A stretch of DNA of 35,151 nucleotides from a virus (Duplodnaviria; Caudoviricetes), in IMG/VR virus record IMGVR_UViG_3300009085_000057, positions 1 to 35,151 of that record. One strand, given 5' to 3'. The notes beneath the pieces are model-generated. The model ran no database searches. It worked only from the letters and a program-made list of their open reading frames with translations, and was not told the origin of the DNA. Below, in pieces: positions 8,726 through 19,100 of the stretch (positions are counted from its first letter, which is position 1; every line of letters starts with the position of its first letter). A program made the translations under genes and the position numbers.

Positions 8726-9374
8726 CCGCAGCGTGATCCGCAGCCTGGTCCGCGACGGCCTCAACGAACAGGCCGCGACCGTCCTCACCGACACGGAATT
8801 GAACGCGATCATCGACGACGGGTGCCGCGACACGGCCGTCAAGGGCCTCTGCCGGGAGGTCACGCAGACGCTGACCCTCACCGAAGGGGTGAAGATCTAC
8901 CCCGAACCGACCGGATCCGGGGTGCCCTGCCGCACCCTCTACGTCGAGCACGACGGCCTGGGGCTTATCTGCATCCCGCCGCAGGCGGTGGGCTTCGTCG
9001 CGGGGAACCTCTCCGTAGCCATCGGGACGCCGCAATTCTGGTTTCCCTGGGGGGAGATGATCGTCCTGGAGCCGGCGCCGAACGCCGCGGCGGTTTTGGC
9101 GACGACGAGGCTGCACAGCGCCTGCTACCCGGCCGCGGCGCTGGCAACGGACGCGACGGTCCCGGACCTCCCGGCCGAGTTTCACGAGTGCGTCTATCTC
9201 TACACCCTGGCTTTTTGCGCGCTCAAGCTCCGCCGCTGGGGCGACGCGGCCCAGGCCTATAACCGCTATATCGCCGACGTGCAGCGCAAAAGGTTCGAGT
9301 ACGTCTTCAAGGTCCCGGACGCGAAGGCCGCCCGGGAGATCCCGGACAACGTCGTGATGGACTTCAGACCATGA
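8712..9374 (+). CDS. Adaptor / tail ring-like protein 4, 220 aa
   Basis: AGGAGG at 8701-8706 with ATG 8712, preferred over 8541; clear paralog of the preceding gene; ATGA overlap with the next gene. Confidence 0.78.
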   Translation: MATLNRSVIRSLVRDGLNEQAATVLTDTELNAIIDDGCRDTAVKGLCREVTQTLTLTEGVKIYPEPTGSGVPCRTLYVEHDGLGLICIPPQAVGFVAGNLSVAIGTPQFWFPWGEMIVLEPAPNAAAVLATTRLHSACYPAAALATDATVPDLPAEFHECVYLYTLAFCALKLRRWGDAAQAYNRYIADVQRKRFEYVFKVPDAKAAREIPDNVVMDFRP

Positions 9375-12300
9375 AGAAGGAAAACGCCGAGGCCAACAAC
9401 CTGACCGTCCGCCCGATCGTCCTCAAGCCGGTCCAGACGCCGGAGAACGAGCCGGGGCTGGAGCTCCAGGTCCAGGTGGCGCAGCTCCCGGGGACGCAGC
9501 CCCTGGAGGACGAGCCGCTCCAGCGGAAGGCCTACCTCTTCGCGGAGGCGACCTGGCTCCCCGCGGCGGATCCGCTCGCGGCCGGGCCGAAGAACATCTC
9601 GACGATGCAAAACCTCCGCTTCACGGAATACGGCCTGGAGAGCGTCCCCGGCTACACGAAGATCAACGCGACGACGGCGCTGGAGACCTACCTCAAGATC
9701 CGCTCCGGGATCCAGCTCCGGGCCCCCTTCACGACGAAGTCGCGGCTCCTGGCCCAGGCCTACAATGCGGGGCTCACCGCCTCCCAGGTCCTTCAGCATA
9801 CCGCGGTCCCGCCCGCCCAGGGGGATTTCGAGGCGACGGAGCTCCACACGGACGCCTCCGGCGCGGGGCTCGGGCGCTTCGCCAAATGGCCCGGGAACCA
9901 GGTCGCCTACTGCAACGGGGTCGAGACGAAGATCTACGGCGGGGACGAGATTCCCGCCGCGGCCTTCATCACCTCGTCGGATCCCGTCACGGGGACCGTC
10001 CTCACCAAGCCGAAGGACTATTCCGAGGCGGTCCGGAACTCCCTCCAGTCCGCGGACCAGGTCGCCCAGGTGGGCGGCGGGGACGACCCGCTGACGAAGC
10101 TCCTCCTCCACTTCGAGGGGGCGCCCGGCGCCGCGGTCACGGACAGCTCCGCCGCGGCCCACGGGGACGCGACGAAGGAAGGGACGGCGGACATCTCCGT
10201 CGCCCAGGCCAAGTACGGAACCGGGGCCTTGACGACGCCGGCCGCGGGGGACGGGATTTCCTACGCGGACCACGCGGACTGGGATCCGGTTTCGGGGGAG
10301 ATCACCTACGAAACCCTCTTCTACCTGCCCGCCGGCTGGGCCGACCATTCGCTCGCCGGGACGCTGACCTTCGCCGACAACACTCCGGCCGAGGACACGA
10401 TCGCCCTTTCCGGGGACCACAGCGCCGTCGCCTGGCTCCAGGCGGGGCGGACGATCTGCTCGAAGGGCGGGGAAGGACAGACGAACGTCGGGCCCTGGAC
10501 CGTGGGCTCGATCGCCTATGAGGGCGGGACCGACACGACGACGATCACGCTCGCCGCGGGGGAGGTCCTCACCGCCGAGACGATTGCCTCAACGCTCTAC
10601 CCCTGCCGCAGCCTGCTCGGGCGCTACGAGGACGCGAACAACCATTGGTTTCTCGCCGCGGTCGGAGACGACCTCCACTTCGTCGCCGTCTCCGCGGCTG
10701 CCCGGACGGAGGAGACGATTACGGGGAAGGTCTCGTCCGGCTGGAACCACGCGGGGATCCAGCGGGACGGGACCGACGCCTACTTCCTGGTCAACGGGAC
10801 GATGGCGAAGATGACCGTCGCGAACCTCCCCGCCCTGGGCGCCGCGGCGCTCCGGATCGGCAGGACGCAGCGGGGCGCCTCCCTCTACAACACGGCCCTG
10901 GGTCTCTACTTCGACGAGGTCCGCGTCTCGGCCGTCGACCGCTGGGCGGCCGGGACGACCTACTCCGTCCCGATCCGCGCCTACACGGCGATCACGGCCG
11001 CCCGGACCTTCCTCGCCGGGTTCACCCGCCCCGTCCAGGCGGTGAAGTTCTACATCGGCTCCGGGGTGAACACGGAAACATCGACGACCTCCGCCCAGGA
11101 GTGGAACGGGGTCTCCTGGCCCGCCTTGACGATCTCCTCCGACGGCACGGCCTCGACCGGGGTCTCCCTGGCGAAGACGGGGAGCGTGGCCTTCGGATCC
11201 ACCGTCGGGACCTCGATCCCGAAATACATCGAGGGGCGGATCCTCTACTGGTACCAGTTCACCCTCTCCGCGGGCTCCGCGGAGATCTACCAGGTGACGG
11301 GCGACGCCCCCTTCCAGGATGTCCGGGACTGCTGGGACGGCACCGAGCTCCTCCTGGCCTCCTGCCTGGTCTATGTCGCGGCCTCGTCCTCCTACAAGGA
11401 CTGGACGCTCTACGCCTCCGTGGAGAGCACCGAGACCGCGGTCGAGCTGGACGCCCTGGCGACGACAGAGCATCTCCTGATCGGAACGCCGGTCCCGCTG
11501 ATGGGGTTCAAGATCCAGATGCACCAGGAGGCCGCGAAGGTGAACGCGAACGCGGCCGCGATGGCGGTCGCCTACTGCAACGGGGAGGAGATCTCCGCCT
11601 GGCCCTCCGTCAACGGCCTCCACGACGGGACCGCGGGCGGCTCCGCCTCCCTCAAGCAGACGGGCGTCGTCTCCTTCACCCCGGTCTCGGACGTCTCCGG
11701 CCAGGAGTTCACCGCGTCGTTCAACGGCGGCGATCCGATGTATTACTACAAGGTCACCTTCTCCGCGGCGCTCTCCGCCACGGTCGAGGCGATCTCGATC
11801 ACGGCGATCCCCGCCCCGCGGAAGCTCCGGCCCTATAAGTTCCCCTTCATGTTCCTCGGCCGGCCGATGCTCTGCGGATACCTGGCCGGGAACGAGGGGA
11901 ACCGGGTGGACTACGGCCTCACCCACGCCGCCGACGTCTGGAACGGCCCGGACTCCTCGATGGGGGTCGAGACGGAATCCCTCTACTTCGGAGGCGCGGA
12001 GGAGCTCACCGCCGCCTGCGAGATCTACAACCGCCTGGGGTCCTCCGTCTATTCGTTCGGGATCTTCACGAAGGCCTACGAGACCTACATCCTAAACGGC
12101 TACGGGACGGACGAGGCCCCCTACCGGATCTACCCCGTCTCGGCCGTGATGGGCTGCCCGGCGCCCTTGACGATGGACACCTGGCAGCTCGGCCTCTCGA
12201 CGGACGCGCAGTCGGTCCGCTCGATCGCGATGTGGCTCTCCCACCAGGGGCCGGTGATCTTCGACTCCGGCGGCCTCCAGCCGATCCCGGGGATCGAGTG

Positions 12301-12943
12301 TTACTTCGACCGGCGGGACTCGCGCTGCATCAACTACGCCAAGATCGAAAACGCCCGCGGCTGGTTCGATCCGGAGACCGGGGACTACAACCTCCAGATC
12401 CCGACCGGGGACTCGTCGACGAACAACGTATGGCTCGCCCTGAACCTCCGGCTCCGGAAGTGGTACCCGATCGTCCCCTCCGCCGCGGCGAGCCCCTACC
12501 TGGGCGCGGCCTTCCGGGTCGTGGACGCGACGGGGAAGGCCTACATCTACGGGGCCCGGGACAACGGATACCTGATGCGGCTCCACAACGGCGTCCCCTG
12601 GGACGGGACCGCGGCCGTGCAGTCCGTTTCGCCCGCGGACCTGCTCGTCTCCGACGATCCCTGGGACCAGATCCGCCTCTCGCGGCTGAAAATCTTCGGG
12701 GTCTCGGCGACGGAGGACACGGACTGCGCGATCACCCATTACGCGGACGGGGCGACGTCCGGGACGACGCTGACCGCCGCGGCCTTGAACGGCGCGAACC
12801 GCCACTTCCGGGAGACCCAGGCCCTGAATCTGCTCGCCTGGTCGCACCGCCTCCTCTTTTCCGCCTCGATCTCGACGGAGGCGAAGGGGATGCGGCTCCT
12901 CGGATGGGCCCTGGAGTACCGGGTCGAACGCCCGGACTATTAA
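9371..12943 (+). CDS. Tail nozzle/stabilisation-like protein with inserted LamG (ConA-like) and duplicated beta-sandwich domains, 1190 aa
   Basis: LamG hallmarks TKLLLHFEG..VTDSS, WNHAGIQRDG..FLVNG, YFDEVRVS; C-terminal WLSHQGPVIFD...LQIPTGDSSTNN resembles podovirus nozzle beta-propellers; lies between adaptors and ejection genes. Confidence 0.7.
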   Translation: MKKENAEANNLTVRPIVLKPVQTPENEPGLELQVQVAQLPGTQPLEDEPLQRKAYLFAEATWLPAADPLAAGPKNISTMQNLRFTEYGLESVPGYTKINATTALETYLKIRSGIQLRAPFTTKSRLLAQAYNAGLTASQVLQHTAVPPAQGDFEATELHTDASGAGLGRFAKWPGNQVAYCNGVETKIYGGDEIPAAAFITSSDPVTGTVLTKPKDYSEAVRNSLQSADQVAQVGGGDDPLTKLLLHFEGAPGAAVTDSSAAAHGDATKEGTADISVAQAKYGTGALTTPAAGDGISYADHADWDPVSGEITYETLFYLPAGWADHSLAGTLTFADNTPAEDTIALSGDHSAVAWLQAGRTICSKGGEGQTNVGPWTVGSIAYEGGTDTTTITLAAGEVLTAETIASTLYPCRSLLGRYEDANNHWFLAAVGDDLHFVAVSAAARTEETITGKVSSGWNHAGIQRDGTDAYFLVNGTMAKMTVANLPALGAAALRIGRTQRGASLYNTALGLYFDEVRVSAVDRWAAGTTYSVPIRAYTAITAARTFLAGFTRPVQAVKFYIGSGVNTETSTTSAQEWNGVSWPALTISSDGTASTGVSLAKTGSVAFGSTVGTSIPKYIEGRILYWYQFTLSAGSAEIYQVTGDAPFQDVRDCWDGTELLLASCLVYVAASSSYKDWTLYASVESTETAVELDALATTEHLLIGTPVPLMGFKIQMHQEAAKVNANAAAMAVAYCNGEEISAWPSVNGLHDGTAGGSASLKQTGVVSFTPVSDVSGQEFTASFNGGDPMYYYKVTFSAALSATVEAISITAIPAPRKLRPYKFPFMFLGRPMLCGYLAGNEGNRVDYGLTHAADVWNGPDSSMGVETESLYFGGAEELTAACEIYNRLGSSVYSFGIFTKAYETYILNGYGTDEAPYRIYPVSAVMGCPAPLTMDTWQLGLSTDAQSVRSIAMWLSHQGPVIFDSGGLQPIPGIECYFDRRDSRCINYAKIENARGWFDPETGDYNLQIPTGDSSTNNVWLALNLRLRKWYPIVPSAAASPYLGAAFRVVDATGKAYIYGARDNGYLMRLHNGVPWDGTAAVQSVSPADLLVSDDPWDQIRLSRLKIFGVSATEDTDCAITHYADGATSGTTLTAAALNGANRHFRETQALNLLAWSHRLLFSASISTEAKGMRLLGWALEYRVERPDY

Positions 12944-12955
12944 AGGAGGACCAAG

Positions 12956-13633
12956 ATGCCGAAAAACATGGAATCCACCTACGCGCTCCGCAAGGCCGCC
13001 CTGGCGAAGATGGCCGAACCCTCCTCGGTCGCTGCGGTCCCGGACCTGGCCGAGGTCGCGGGTGAGCACGCCGCGGCGAAGGGGAAGGCCGCCGCGGAAT
13101 CGGCCGGGCACGAACGGGACCTCGCCTTCGGAGCGAAGAGCCGCGCCGAGAAGAACCGGCAGTTTTTCTCCTCGCTCGCCCTGGACCGGGAGCGGCTGGA
13201 CGACTGGGCGGACCAGAACCGCTGGGCGACGGGGATCGCGATCGCGAACCTGGGGATCCAGGCGCTGGCGATCCCGGCCGCGCTCCGCCAGGAGGAAAAG
13301 CAGGAGAAGATGATCTCCTCGATCCTCGCCGAACGGGGGAAGCAGACCGCCGCGGCGACGGCCGCCAACGAGGCGCGGGCGGCCACCCAGGAGAAGGCCT
13401 TCGGGGAGCTCCGCGCGGCCGTCGACTACAACCGGCAGATCCAGGACGCCCGGAACCTCGTCGGGGACCCGCAGACGATGGCGGAGATCGCCGCGATCCA
13501 GGAGAAGACGACCCAGGGGACACAGGCCCTCCAGGCCGCGGACAAGCCGCACTTTACACAGACGAACTCGCCGGACCTCTACGAGGTCGCCCGACGGAAG
13601 ACCGGCGGGATGCCTGTCTGGTACCAGCACTAA
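12956..13633 (+). CDS. Putative ejection/internal virion protein 1 (Ala-rich, helical)
   Basis: RBS AAAGGAGG; coiled-coil character with one hydrophobic stretch; canonical position after the nozzle gene. Confidence 0.65.
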   Translation: MPKNMESTYALRKAALAKMAEPSSVAAVPDLAEVAGEHAAAKGKAAAESAGHERDLAFGAKSRAEKNRQFFSSLALDRERLDDWADQNRWATGIAIANLGIQALAIPAALRQEEKQEKMISSILAERGKQTAAATAANEARAATQEKAFGELRAAVDYNRQIQDARNLVGDPQTMAEIAAIQEKTTQGTQALQAADKPHFTQTNSPDLYEVARRKTGGMPVWYQH

Positions 13634-13646
13634 GGAGGGTAGAGAA

Positions 13647-14909
13647 ATGGGAATCGACATGAACCTCAGAGACATCCGGAGCCCCCAGTATTCGGCCGTC
13701 ACGGGCCGGACGCGGAAGGTCCCCTACGCCTCGATCCTCACGGCGCTGGCCCCGACGATTCGCGCGGACGCCCGCGCGGAGGACCTCGACGCGATGCGCG
13801 AGCAGGATCTCCTCGACACGGCGACCCGCTTCGACGCCTCCCAGGCGCTCAACCGGGAGATCGCCAACACCCAGGCCGAGCAGGCGGAGAAGTCGATGAT
13901 GATCCAGGGCGCGACCCTGGTTCCCCAGGCGGCCTACGTCGCCGACAAGGCGGGGCTCATCAACCTCAAGGAAATCGCCGGGACGGTGAAGGACAAATTT
14001 TTCGGCGGGCAATCGGCGATCCCGTTGGGTAAGGTCGCCGGCCCGGAGCTCGTCACCGTCGGCGTCGGGGAAGGCGCGACCATGACCTCCGCCGCGGGGG
14101 CCGGACTGATGGGCGCCTCCGGAGAGACGGCGGGGGCGCTGGCCCCGGAGCTCATCGGCGAGGCGGGCGTCGGCGGCTCCGCGGGCGTCGGCGGGACCGG
14201 CGCGGGAACCTCCGCGGCCGGTGTCGGGACCTACGCCCTACCCGCGGCCGCGGCCTACCTGGGGTCCCAGGCCGGGGCCTACGCCGGGCATAAGATCGGG
14301 GAATCCCTCGATGTCGGCGGGTACCGGGAACGGGGGTTCGTCGGCCGTGTCGGCGGAGGCGCGCTCGCGGGGACGATGATCCTCCCCGGCGTCGGGACGG
14401 CGATCGGGGCGACGGTCGGCCTGATCGACTGGGGCTTCAACGAGGGGAAGGAGTTCTTCAACGATGTCGTGGACGATGTCGGGTCCGGCGCCAGGTCCGT
14501 TTACAACAGCACCCTCGGGAAGGTCACGGGAAGCACCTGGATCTGCACGGCGATCGACGAGGCCGTGGGGCTCTCCGACGAGGACAAGGCTCGGCTCTCC
14601 CGGCTGCGGCGCTGGTCGCTCAAACACCACAACGGCTGGGCGAGGCGCTACCTGAAGGAGGGCGGGGTGATCGTCGCCGGGATGGCGGCCCGCCACGGGG
14701 AGGAGATCCGGCCGGTATGCGAGGTTCTGAAGGTCTCCTTTGTCGATCCGGTGACGACCCTGGTCGGCCAGGGCTGCTTCGAGACCGCTTTCGAGCTCTA
14801 CTATGAGATCACCGCGTCGCTCGCCCGGGCCTACGCCCCGGACTTCGAGATCGCCGAGCTCCCCCGGAAGCCGGGCGAGGACCCCCTTCCGGAAGAAAAG
14901 GAGGTATAA
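13647..14909 (+). CDS. Putative ejection protein 2 with a glycine-zipper region and a C-terminal CFI-box-like domain
   Basis: RBS AAGGAGG; GGGALAGTMILPGVGTAIGATVG zipper; WICTA...LRRW...Y...VDPVTTLVGQGCFETAFELY domain. Confidence 0.65.
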   Translation: MGIDMNLRDIRSPQYSAVTGRTRKVPYASILTALAPTIRADARAEDLDAMREQDLLDTATRFDASQALNREIANTQAEQAEKSMMIQGATLVPQAAYVADKAGLINLKEIAGTVKDKFFGGQSAIPLGKVAGPELVTVGVGEGATMTSAAGAGLMGASGETAGALAPELIGEAGVGGSAGVGGTGAGTSAAGVGTYALPAAAAYLGSQAGAYAGHKIGESLDVGGYRERGFVGRVGGGALAGTMILPGVGTAIGATVGLIDWGFNEGKEFFNDVVDDVGSGARSVYNSTLGKVTGSTWICTAIDEAVGLSDEDKARLSRLRRWSLKHHNGWARRYLKEGGVIVAGMAARHGEEIRPVCEVLKVSFVDPVTTLVGQGCFETAFELYYEITASLARAYAPDFEIAELPRKPGEDPLPEEKEV

Positions 14910-14912
14910 ACG

Positions 14913-16094
14913 ATGAACGGAAACCCTTACGGCGCGGTTCCAGCGGCACTATCCGAGACGCGGCTGACCCTGAAGGACATTATGGCCGATCTTCTCGCCA
15001 CCAAGGTCGCCGAGGGTCGTCTTCGTCTGGAGCAGTCCAAGGCCGAGACGGAGACGGCGATGGTCGCCGCCGGACTCGAAAAGGAGCGGCTCGCGGAGAA
15101 CCGCGAGATGGAGCGGATGCGGATGACCCGGGCAATGCACGACGAGGACGCCGCGCGCGCCTCCGGGCAGTTCGAGAAGACCTTCAGCCTCCAGCAGACC
15201 GCGGAGGAGCGGGCGGGCCGGGGCCAGGAGATGCAGCACGAGATCGCCCAGGGGCAGCTTGACGTTTCCAAGGGGCAGCTCAAGGTCGCGGAATCGGCCG
15301 AGCTGCGGGCCGCGGCGGAGACGAGACGCAAAAACGAGATCCGCTCGATCGGCGAATGGGCCTCCTCGGGCGGGATCCACCCGGGGCTCCTCGACTACCT
15401 GGGGGTCGACAAGGACAAGAAGATCACCCGGGCCGACGCGGAGAACCTCTACGCGAACCTCCAGGTCACCTTCAAGGCGAACCCCTCGATGGGGCTGATG
15501 GCCCACGGCTACGCGCTGAAGGCCGAGCTCACCGCGATCCAGGAGAAGATCCAGGCGCCGGGGACACCGCCCCAGGAGGCGGCCGGGCTCAAAAAGATGT
15601 ACGACCGGAAGCTCGCCCAGTTCGAGGCCCTCGACAAGCTCATCATCGCCGAAAAGTCTCCGTCCCAGGAGAAGATCGTCGAATCCGCGCGGCGAAGCTG
15701 GGCGGAGAATCCGGAGCTGGCGAAGCAATACGAGACCTACGACAAGTTCCTGACCGCCTTCCAAAAAGAGGTCGAGGAGGCGCGCGGGGTGTTCCACGAC
15801 GACCTCCAGCTCCTCAAGAACCCGAAGACGACGACGCCGGCGGAGCAGCAGGCCGCGGTCGACGGGATCCGCGAGGCGGTGAAGGAGATCCAGGCGGGGA
15901 AGTATTCCCTCTCGCCGCAGGAGCTGAAGATCGTCCAGAAGATGACCAGCCAGGTCGATCCGCAGCAGGCCGCGCAGAAGCTCCACAGCCTGAAGAACAT
16001 CCTCAACGCCTCGCCGAAGGCGCAGCCGGCCGCGGCCGGCGGAGCGCCGGGGCCGATCCCCGGCGCGCGTTTCCACCCGACAACCGCCCAATAG
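14913..16094 (+). CDS. Putative ejection protein 3 (coiled-coil, E/K/Q/A-rich)
   Basis: RBS GGAGG; helical composition; directly precedes the giant gene. Confidence 0.65.
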   Translation: MNGNPYGAVPAALSETRLTLKDIMADLLATKVAEGRLRLEQSKAETETAMVAAGLEKERLAENREMERMRMTRAMHDEDAARASGQFEKTFSLQQTAEERAGRGQEMQHEIAQGQLDVSKGQLKVAESAELRAAAETRRKNEIRSIGEWASSGGIHPGLLDYLGVDKDKKITRADAENLYANLQVTFKANPSMGLMAHGYALKAELTAIQEKIQAPGTPPQEAAGLKKMYDRKLAQFEALDKLIIAEKSPSQEKIVESARRSWAENPELAKQYETYDKFLTAFQKEVEEARGVFHDDLQLLKNPKTTTPAEQQAAVDGIREAVKEIQAGKYSLSPQELKIVQKMTSQVDPQQAAQKLHSLKNILNASPKAQPAAAGGAPGPIPGARFHPTTAQ

Positions 16095-16110
16095 ACCCGG
16101 AGGTCTCCCG

Positions 16111-19100
16111 ATGGCCGAAATGTTGAACCTGTGGGAATCGGATCCGCCCAAGATCGGCTCGCCCGGAAAGGGCGGGATGAACCTGTGGGAAAACGAGCCC
16201 GGCGAGGAGCCGAAACGAAAAACCCGGAAGGCCGAGGAGCAGAAGCCCGAGGAGCTGCGGGGGTTCTTCGGCGAGACGGTCTCCGCCCTGGGCGCGGGCG
16301 TCATCCAGACGATGGAGGGGATCGCGGCCACGGCGGAGATGATCGGGGTCCCGGGCGGCGAGACGGCGCGCAAGGAGTGGCAGCGGATCGGCCAGTCGGA
16401 CGCGCTCCGCCGTCCGGACTACCTGGCGGAGGGGGACGTCCTCTCCGATCCGGGGCGCCTCGCCGACTGGCGCTGGTGGGTCCGGTCTTTGGGCGAAAAC
16501 ACGCCGAACCTGGTGGCGATGTATATCCCCGGCGTCGCCGCGGCGCGCGCCGCGCAGGGGGCCGCCTGGGGCGCGAGGGCGATCACGCTCTTCGGCCAGC
16601 GGCTCACCGCGGCCCGGATCGCAGGCCTGGGCGGGGCCTACGCCGGGTCCTTCACGCTGGAGGCGGGCGGGGCCTACGGGTCCGCGAAGGACGAGATGAC
16701 CCGGGAGGGGATCCTCGATGCGGACACGATCGAGCGGATCGCGACCCTGGAGGGGCTCACCGCCGGCGCGACGAACGCGGTCATCGAACTCCTCCCTTTC
16801 GACAACCTCATCCTGAAACAGGCGGGCGCGGACCGCCTCGTGAAGCGCCTGATCCGCCAGGGGTTCGTCGAGGGGGCGACGGAAGGGGTCCAGGAGGCGG
16901 TCAATATCGCGGTCGAGAAGCTCGGCCACAAGCCGGACCAGGCCTGGAGCGACAACATCGGCCGGATCCTCGAATCGGCGATCATCGGCGGCGCGCTCGG
17001 CGCGGGCGCGGGCGGAACGATCGGGACCGCCGTTCACCGCGGGAACATCAAACGCTACGAGACCCTGGGCGAGAAGCTCGGGCTCACCGACCTGGTCGTC
17101 TCCTACAAGGACCAGGGCGTGGCGGACAAGGAGATCGCGGCGGAGGTCGAAAAAAGGGTCGAGGAGCTCCGCGGATTCAGCCGGATCGACCCGGCCGACG
17201 AAAAGAAGGCCGCCGTTTCCTATGCGCTCGGCGGGAACGAGACGAAGGAGACCGCCAAGGACAACCTGATCCCGGAAATCGCCGCGGAGGAGATGACCTC
17301 CTATCTCCTCTACGCGACCGGACGCTACGAGGCGCCGCCGGATCTTTTCGACCGGATAACCGGGACGGGGAAACAGGCCCTTTCGCTCTTCGGGATCGGC
17401 CGGAAGAAGGCGGGAAAGGCCGCAGCCGCCCCCGCGGGAGAAAAAACGGAAACCGGGACGGGGAAAGTATCGTCCCCGGCGCCGATCGTTGAACCTGGGT
17501 CATCCTCGAAAGCCGGCCCGGAAATACAGGCGGGTAAAGAGCCCGCGGCCGGCGGAATGCCGAGGAGCGAGTTCGAGGCCCGGGAGATCGCCGAACGGGA
17601 CTCCGGCGGCGCGGAATCGGGGCCGCTCATCCCCGGACCCGTCTCCGGGAAGGACACCGCGACGGCGGCGCCTGCCGCAGAGGCGGAGGCGAAACGGAAG
17701 AAGGACGAGAACCGCAAGAAGGGGGAGACCCTCTTCGACCTCGCCCTGAACGACGTGAGCCGCGAGAACCAGGAGCGGCTGGAGGCGGCGCGCCTCCAGG
17801 ATGAGGAGAAAAAGCGCCTGGAGGAGGCCCGTCTCGCCGGGGAGGCGGAGGCGCAGAGCGCCCGCGCGGTCGCCGGGGCCGCGAACGAGGCCCGGGACCT
17901 CACGGCGGCGCTCGCCGGGGAGGATCCGAAGAAGCAGGCGATCGTCGCCGAGGTCCTCGGGATGTCGGAGCGGGTCGTCGCTGGGGCCGTCCGGACGGAG
18001 CTCGGGATCGACGTCCAGCCCGCCGGCCAGGACCGCTACGAGATCCTCACGGACAAGGGGCCGCAGCCGGTGACGATCCCGGGGCTCCGGAAGCTCCTCG
18101 CCGAAAAGAGGATCGGGGACGTGGCCGCGGCCGAGGCCGCGCACGCCCGGGACGTGGAGGCCGCGCAGACGCGGACGGCGGAGCAGAAGGCCAAGAAGGA
18201 GAAGGAGACCGAGGCCTGGGCGCTCGCAAACGCGCGGGAGACGCTCCGGATGGGGCGGACGCTCTCCCGGGCGCAGCTCGATACGCTCCAGGCGGCCAGA
18301 GGGAAGCTCGAAGCGCGGGAGATCGAACTCCTGGACAAGGGGCCCGCCGTGGCGGAGGCCGCGGTCCCCCAGTCTCTCCAGGCCCTGGGCGTCCGGCCGA
18401 AGCCGGCCGCGGTGGAAGAGGAGAAGGCGGGAGAGGAAGACCGCACCGTCGAGGACCACGAAGACCGGGCCCGCGGATACCTCCACGACCTCCTGATGGA
18501 TTCGATCGAGGCCGCCTCCGAGAGCAAGACCGGCTGGGTCGAAACGGAGGAGGGCGGCCAGCGGGTCGCCGCGGGCGGGTGGATCTCCGCCGTCGTCAAG
18601 ACCTTCGGCCGCGTCTCCTCGTCGCCGCTCCGGGACGACCAGGGGCAGCCCCGGACCCTGAACCTCTCGAAGGCCTACCTGGCCCGGGTGATCGACAAGG
18701 CCCGCGCGGGGGAGGAGCTCACCGAGGACCAGGCCGCGGTCTACGAGGAGATCCTGGGCGAGGCGAAGGACGAGGCGGGCCGCGCCTACCGCCTGGCCGA
18801 GGAGGAGGCCGAGGCCCTGGCGGACTTCGAGCCGGAGACGTTCGAGAAGCCGGGGGAGAAGAAGGAGACGGAGGAGGCAGAAGAGGAGGGGGAGGGGGAC
18901 TGGCAGGCGTGGTCGGACCGGCAAAGACGCGAGAGTGACGAGAAGATCCGTGAGGGGATCGCGGCGGGCCACGACATCAACAAGAACGGCGTCTATCAAA
19001 ACCGTGAGGATATAGAGATTCCCTTCACCAAGAGCGCCAAAACGAGCGCCAGGATCCACATCGCGACCGGGCCGGATGGCAAATTCCGCAGCGCGCACAA

